This document shows positions 50,080-56,664 of a stretch of 56,664 bases of DNA, piece by piece. Origin of the DNA: Octopus bimaculoides (taxonomy: Eukaryota); assembly GCF_001194135.2 (NCBI RefSeq), contig NC_068991.1, positions 18,255,332 through 18,311,995 of the forward strand. The letters are read 5' to 3'. Each line of letters opens with the position of its first letter. Position 1 is the stretch's first letter. The translations under genes were made by a program, and so were the position numbers. The notes under the pieces are model-generated. The model searched no databases. It was not told the DNA's origin and worked only from the letters and a program-made list of their open reading frames with translations.

Positions 50080-51636
50080 GTAAGTATTTCTCATGTGTTG
50101 TTACTTTTATTATTTCTTGGAGCAAATATTGTTTAATGGGTAAAGGTGGTGAAGGAACACTGTGACAGCAAATCTACTCTTTGATATCTGGTGGACCATA
50201 GTGGATGCATGCCACCCAGTTCTGAGCAGATGTTTGCAAATTTTCAGTAACACTTTGCTGGAGTAGTATTCAGTGGAATTTGGTGCCTACCTAATTAGTC
50301 TTTGCTGAGTCATGGTCAAGACGCAGAATGCTGCAAGAAACTGATTTTGACAGTTGTGTTGGACAACCCTGTAATAAGCTGTTCACGGAGAGGGATGCTA
50401 TAACTATGAACTTAGTTGATATACCATGTTAGTTTGTTGCTAACTTGTCAGCTATCTGTTACAAATAGCAGCAGACTGCAGGATGTTCCAAGTTGTGTGA
50501 CCTAAAGACAGCAAACAATGCTGAAGAAGGACTCACACAAAAGGGACACAATACACAAGTAGTTCAGATTTCTTGGCTAAGGTGCTTGCCAAGAGGCTGG
50601 CACCTATTGTTGACAATTTAAATCAGAGGTGTGCAAAATTTTGTGAACCCAGGCCCGTCTCCTCTGGTAAATATATCCATGACAACCTCTACCTCATATA
50701 TCTCACTTCAAGGTGTCTTTGATCAAGTTAGATCAGTGAAGTGTATGGCAAGATCAACTACTATCATCACTTGGTTGTTGTCTGAGAAAAAGCAGCAGGA
50801 TTCTGCAGGGAAGGTATTACTGTTGTTTAGCCCCAAATCCTATTGATATGTGGTTGAACTAACAATCCAGATTCTGTTGACCTATGGAATAACTAACATT
50901 TATGTTATTGCTGTTTGTCCCCAAATTTATTTGAACTATGGTCAAAGATGTTCCAGCAATGATCCTCTGATATTTTATTCATCATCATCATCATCGTCGT
51001 TTAACGTCCGCTTTCCATGCTAGCATGGGTTAGACGATTTGACTGAGGACTGGTGAACCAGATGGCTGCACCAGGCTCCAATCTGGTTTGGCAGAGTTTC
51101 TACAGCTGGATGCCCTTCCTAACGCCAAACACTCCGAGAGTGTAGTAGGTGCTTTTACGTGCCTCCTAGCTATAATGTATCTAAGAGTATAATATTCAAT
51201 GTGTTTTTTTTTTTAAGAAACAGATGTGAGAGAAATTTGGTTTTTATTTTTAGCAGATCAAGTTACTCATGCATAAGTGTGTGAAATGATATTGATGGTT
51301 GTAAAATACTTGATAAAGTGAATAAAAAAGCATCATTAAATTAATTTTTACTTCTTGTATTCTTNNNNNNNNNNNNNNNNNNNNNNNNNNNNNNNNNNNN
51401 NNNNNNNNNNNNNNNNNNNNNNNNNNNNNNNNNNNNNNNNNNNNNNNNNNNNNNNNNNNNNNNNNNNNNNNNNNNNNNNNNNNNNNNNNNNNNNNNNNNN
51501 NNNNNNNNNNNNNNNNNNNNNNNNNNNNNNNNNNNNNNNNNNNNNNNNNNNNNNNNNNNNNNNNNNNNNNNNNNNNNNNNNNNNNNNNNNNNNNNNNNNN
51601 NNNNNNNNNNNNNNNNNNNNNNNNNNNNNNNNNNNN

Positions 51637-51912
51637 AAGGCTCCACGAGGCTCCGGCAGGGGATGGTGGCGAACCCTGCTGTACTCTTCCACCACAACTT
51701 TCTCTCACTCTTACTTCCTGTTTCTGTTGTGCCTGTAATTCAAAGGGTCAGCCTTGTCACACTGTGTCACGCTGAATATCCCCGAGAACTATGTTAAGGG
51801 TACATGTGTCTGTGGAGTGCTCAGCCACTTGCACGTTAATTTCATGAGCAGGCTGTTCCGTTGATCGGATCAACTGGAACCCTCGATGCCGTAAGCGACG
51901 GAGTGCCAACAA
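51637..51912 (+). mobile_element. Family A SINE with its 5' end hidden in a gap
   Basis: Body and (CAA)n tail match the other copies. Confidence 0.85.
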
Positions 51913-52160
51913 CAACAACCAACCACCAAGACCTCCCTGAATCCGTTGATATAAATTTCATGTTTTAAAGTGATCTCAAAACCTATTAAAATTCCATTTT
52001 AATTTGTTTCAAGCACCACTTTAATATTGACAAAATAATTTTACTATGTTTTTCATGGCTTTCAAAATTTATTGAAACAAAGGCAGCATATTTCAACAGT
52101 AATACAGTAACAAAAGGATTTTAAATGTGTTTATTTTTTTTCATTTTACTTTCTCCACAG

Positions 52161-52239
52161 ATTACAAGAAGATCATCCTGTAATGTCTTTCACTTTAGAT
52201 GAAACTGGAAAATTAGCTTTATTAAATGTGGCCACTCAG
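52161..52239 (+). CDS. WDR26: WDR26 exon 11 (LQEDHPVMSFTLDETGKLALLNVATQ)
   Basis: ccacag|A...CAG|gtaaac; 79 nt, phase 2/0. Confidence 0.96.
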
Positions 52240-52707
52240 GTAAACATTCCAATTACTCCGGTATTTGAATTATTATTTGAAGGTATGCTTAAATGTGCTA
52301 CATTTGGAATCGATATCCTTGATGTTAGGTCACAACTAGGACTTTCAAACAATCATTGCTGTTCCTAATAGAATAAATTTCTGTATTATTGCCATTACTC
52401 CAATCTCATTAAAGGACTTACTAAGTCTGTTGATAATGGTACCTAGGGTACCTATAACTACAGGAATTACATTTGCAGAAAATCTCCAGACTTTGCAATT
52501 TCCTTGCTAAGTCTTGGTACTTTTCTTTTTTGTTTTTTATTTTTTTGATTGCTGTATCCATAACAGCCAACATGGGCACATCTATGATGATAATGCACTC
52601 CTATGATGATAATGCACTCCTTTCACATCTTCTCTTGGATAATAATATCTAGTTGTCTTGCTTAAAACTCATGATCAGTTTGTACAGTAAAGTTGTATTG
52701 TTATTAA

Positions 52708-52923
52708 CCCTTTAGCATTCAGCTTACTCTGTCAAATGTAATACTTATTTATTCACAAATTTCTAAATCGATCCTGTATTATCTTGTAGCTTTGAAATTT
52801 TGAAGATGTGATTATTTTAAGAATGACATTGCAGGATAGGTGTGAGAGGTTGGACCTGGTCTATTTGAACATAAAGCAGGTTGAATATTTGGGCTGGATA
52901 TGACCTGTTTAAATAGTAGAGAG
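52708..52923. mobile_element. piggyBac-like MITE
   Basis: TTAA|CCCTTTAGCATT ... degenerate right TIR|TTAA; second copy at 38356-38571. Confidence 0.65.
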
Positions 52924-53169
52924 TTAAGGCAGTGAACTAGCAGAACTGTTAACATGCTGGACAAAATGCTTAGTGACATTTCTAGGATTATTATTATTAT
53001 TATTTCAAAGCTACTACATGCTATTTTAGTAATCAGGGATGTTGTTGCAGTTACTCTTTCACTTAGTTAAGAAGTTTCTGGAGTAAATGAAGAAAAATGA
53101 AAAGAAAGAATAAAACCAATTTTCTGTTTATCATTTAATGCTATACATTTTTTTTGTTTTATCTTTTAG

Positions 53170-53299
53170 GGAGTCCATTTGTGGGATCTTAAGGATCGCT
53201 GCCTTCTTCGAAAATTTCAGGGTGTTACCCAGGGATTCTATACAATACATTCGTGTTTTGGTGGATTAAATCAAGATTTCATTGCCAGTGGTAGTGAAG
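53170..53299 (+). CDS. WDR26: WDR26 exon 12 ([10 protein letters not shown]...[23 protein letters not shown])
   Basis: ttttag|GGA...G|gtaatt; 130 nt, phase 0/1. Confidence 0.97.
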
Positions 53300-53352
53300 G
53301 TAATTTTAACTCTGTACATTATGTGCTGTTGTATAAACTTTTTACTCTCTCT

Positions 53353-53663
53353 CTCTTTTACTCTTTTACTTGTCTCAGTCATTTGACTGCGGCCATGCTG
53401 GAGCACTGCCTTTAGTCGAGCAAACCGACCCCGGGACTTATTCTTTGTAAGCCTAGTACTTATTCTATCGGTCTCTTTTGCCGAACCGCTAAGTGATGGG
53501 GACATAAACACACCAGCATCGGTTGTCAAGCAATGCTAGGGGAACAAACACAGACACACAAACACATACACACACATATATATATATACATACATATATA
53601 CGACGGGCTTCATTCAGTTTCCATCTACCAAATCCACTCACAAGGCTTTGGTTGGCCCGAGGC
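53353..53663 (-). mobile_element. Family B SINE, head truncated
   Basis: Similarity to the other family B copies. Confidence 0.85.
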
Positions 53664-53792
53664 TTACAATCAAGAGGTGGTGAGTTCGATTTCCGGACTG
53701 GGCTGTATGTTGTGTTCTTGAGCAAGACACTTTATTTCACATTGCTCCAGTTCATTCAGCTGTAGAAATGAGTTGTAATATCACTGACACTA

Positions 53793-54008
53793 AGGCGGTG
53801 AGCTGGCAGAAACGTTAACACGCCGGCGAAATGCTTAGCGGCATTTCATTCGTCTTTATGTTCTGAGTTCAAATTCCACCGAGGTCGACTTTGCCTTTCA
53901 TCCTTTCGGGGTCGATAAATTAAGTACCAGTTGCGTACTGGGCGGGCAATCTAATTGACTGTCCCCTCTCCCAAAATTTCAGGCCTTGTGCCTAGAGTAG
54001 AAAAGAAT
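53793..54008 (+). mobile_element. Family D SINE
   Basis: GGCGGTGAGCTGGCAGAA..TTCTGAGTTCAAATTCC..GATAAATTAAGTACCAG; copies at ~15840-16030, ~36340-36545 and 56471-56664. Confidence 0.8.
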
Positions 54009-54332
54009 ATCGCTGATACCAAGCTGTATCGGCCATTGCCTTTCCCTTGGATAACATCGGTGGCATGGAAAGTGGAGGCTGGTATGCATGGGCAACTGCT
54101 GGACTTCCATAAGCAATCTTGGCCAAACTTGTGCCTAGGAAGAGAACTTTTAGGTGCAATCCCATGGTCATTCATGACTGAAGGGGTCTTTACCCTTTTA
54201 AAGGGTGTGATTAAAGGAAGAATTAGCTCTATTTCTAGGAATTCATTGATCATATAGAGACTTTCCTGTTGACTTCAGTGAAGTGATATTATGTTAGTGA
54301 TATATATATATTTTTTTAATTGTATTTTCTAG

Positions 54333-54506
54333 ATCATAAAGTTTATATTTGGCACATTCGAAAAGAAGTTCCAATAACTGTGTTGGAAGGACACACTAGA
54401 ACTGTCAACTGTGTACACTGGAATCCTAAAGTGCCTAGCATGTTAGCCAGTGTTTCAGATGATGGCACAATTAGAATATGGGGACCTCTTGATAAAACCA
54501 AAAAAG
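54333..54506 (+). CDS. WDR26: WDR26 exon 13 (HKVYIWH...[26 protein letters not shown]; last WD40)
   Basis: ttctag|AT...G|gtaagt; 174 nt, phase 1/1; no stop codon, so a further exon is needed. Confidence 0.96.
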
Positions 54507-55204
54507 GTAAGTTTTTTTTTTTTTTTTTTTAAACCCTACTTTATTTTTATGTTTTTGATTTATTTTACTATTCTCACCTATATACCTCTGACCTGGCTGC
54601 TGTGCATCTCTTTCACATCCCCGCCACATTTTACATCATGTTCTTTCACCTATCACCTCTACAAACTATTCTTATTTCCTCCGCCTTCTCCCACCCAACT
54701 GATATTCACCATTGACCATATCTCCATCCATGTTCACCGCAGACAACCCTACCTCCATCTCTATTCCCTCTGTCACTCTCTTTTCACACTCTTACAATCT
54801 TACTTATTCACTCACCCTCTCTGATCCTTTGTTACTCTTTTCTCTTCCATTCACCTTGTACCTTGAGGATATGCCCTGGCACCTCATCATCACCATCCTC
54901 TCTTTTCCTCTATTAGTATTAGTTCATCTCCATTATAGCAAGACACCTGTTACTGTCCCCCTGTCTTACTTTAGCCTCTCATCACCTGGCATAAAGCCAC
55001 CTCATGGCAGTTCAGTTGGGATGTCTTTACTTGCTGACCTCACTAGTGTCAATTTTGTGAAAAACACGCCCAGTATACTCAGTAAAGTGGTTTGCATTAG
55101 GAAGAGCATGCAGCCAAAGAAACTGTGCTAAAGCAGACATTGGAGCTTGATGCAATCTTCTGGCTTACCATATCCTGTTGGACCATCCAACCCATACCAG
55201 CATG

Positions 55205-55625
55205 ATCGTCGTTGTTTAACGTCCGCTTTTCATGCTAGCATGGGTTGGACGATTTGACTGAGGACTGGTGAAACCAGATGGCTACACTAGGCTCCAATCT
55301 GATTTGGCAGAGTTTCTACAGCTGGATGCCCTTCCTAACGCCAACCACTCCGAGAGTGTAGTGGGTGCTTTTATGTGCTACCGGCACGAAGGCCAGTCAG
55401 GCGGTACTGGCAACGGCCACGCTCAAAATGGTGTATTTTACGTGCCACCTGCACAGGAGCCAGCTCGGCGGCACTGGCAATGATCTCGCTCGAATGTCTT
55501 TACACATGCCATCCGGCACAAGTGCCAGGAAGGCGATGCTGGGCACAGGTGCCATGACGATTTCGCTTTCCCTTGCCCCAACAGGTCTTTGCAAGCCGAG
55601 TTTCGTGTCCAATGAAGGTAACGAC
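55205..55625 (-). mobile_element. Family C retroposon with internal ~60-70 bp tandem units
   Basis: Same 3' end plus repeated ACGTGCCAC/GGCACTGGCAA units; related copies at 31538-31895 and 8570-8770. Confidence 0.85.
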
Positions 55626-56664
55626 GTTTATTAAGCAATAATGATAATGATGATTTATTTATTTATATTATAAATACATTTTCCCATGCTTACATGTTTA
55701 GAATGTCTTATGGCAGAGAAGTTGTTGAAATGTTTTTATAGCTGAGTGAAATCCCTTCCTACTGTTAACCATTCTGTTTTCATGTCAAGTAGGTAAGCTG
55801 AAGGTTCATGGGAAGTTGTAGCTGTTTAGCCTCACCAACTTGGTCCTGATCCAGTAGAGCTATGATCAAAAGCATTCCAGCCATAACCATCCCACCTTTC
55901 TCAGTTATGTGTCCTGGATTATATTTTCTAATGTATCTTTTTTTCTGGCATTAGGGTATAGTGTGAGGAAAGTTTGGTTATCATTTCTAGCATTTTGGTG
56001 ATGTCATATCCAAATAAGCAGTGCATGATCTTGTAGATGGGGCTCATATTTTTCTCAGTTAGTTCCAGTAGCTCATGTCACTCAAAAGGTCCTTGAAAGA
56101 GGTTGTTGAAGGATGATGAGTGAAACCCCCAGGTTTCCAGAGGTGAATTATTTCAACTCCAAAGAATCCCTCTCAATACATGGCTATGAAGCTCCCAGAC
56201 TACTGCTTGTGATCAGAGATGCACATATCATCAACCACTCAGGGACATGCTCGACTGGTTACAGTCAAGCAACTGACAAGCAAATTTGTGGTACCGTGCA
56301 GAATATTTGCTGTAGCCCGTGTTTTATATGAAGACAAAACATGTACATGATAACACTATCAGTCAGTTAGGATCAGAAGCCATGAGAGCCCCTGCCTGGT
56401 ACTGCATCAATGCGTTGTTGTTATTATTATTATTATTATTTCATCTGGTTTTTTTTCGTTTTTTTGTTAGGTGGCAAGCTGGCAGAATCGTTAGCACAGT
56501 GGGCGAAATACTTAGCAGTATTTTGTCTGCTGCTATGTTCTGAGTTCAAATTCCGCTGAGGTCGATTTTGTCTTTCATCCTTTCAGGGGCGATAAATTAA
56601 GTACCAGTCAGGTACTGGAGTCGCTGTGATCGACTATCCCCCCTCTCCCCAAATCTATAGAAAA

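Larger units (their letters stand above)
18563..54506 (+). other. WDR26: WDR26 (GID7) gene span: 12 visible coding exons, 3' end incomplete
   Basis: Exons join in frame through GT-AG introns, except the exon 1 to exon 3 junction, which needs a 3n+1 exon. The product matches recalled human WDR26 motifs ([62 protein letters not shown]). Confidence 0.97.

Noticed and set aside
18766-54512. Minor (U12) introns
   Set aside because: All donors are U2-type; none matches GTATCCTT.
56037-56062. Candidate terminal WDR26 exon (DGAHIFLS*)
   Set aside because: Weak pyrimidine tract, located in repeat-like sequence, no homology; the true last exon is probably outside the window.

Overview
Animal (eukaryotic) draft-assembly DNA with many N gaps, dense microsatellites and tRNA-derived SINEs. 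The repeat content suggests a coleoid cephalopod, most likely Octopus (inference). The right two-thirds hold one + strand gene, WDR26 (GID7; LisH/CTLH plus WD40 subunit of the CTLH/GID E3 ligase). I assembled 12 coding exons by hand (18563-54506) with consistent splice phases. The expected ~100-nt exon 2 is not visible and probably lies in an N gap; the last exon appears to lie beyond the window. Main finding: the first-exon frame stays open upstream of the AUG. It contains a CUG in strong Kozak context (18485) that would add 26 aa, LASSSESEDGGVSPPPPKKQRVSAAN. This peptide carries an NLS-like motif and closely resembles the non-AUG N-terminal extension of human WDR26 as I recall it, which suggests a bilaterian-wide CUG/AUG isoform switch. 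A short uORF lies just upstream. The left part holds HERO and R4/Dong non-LTR retrotransposon remnants, a probable first exon of a divergent minus-strand gene, and a CpG-retaining intergenic block between two CpG-depleted regions. No prokaryotic systems or CRISPR arrays were found.
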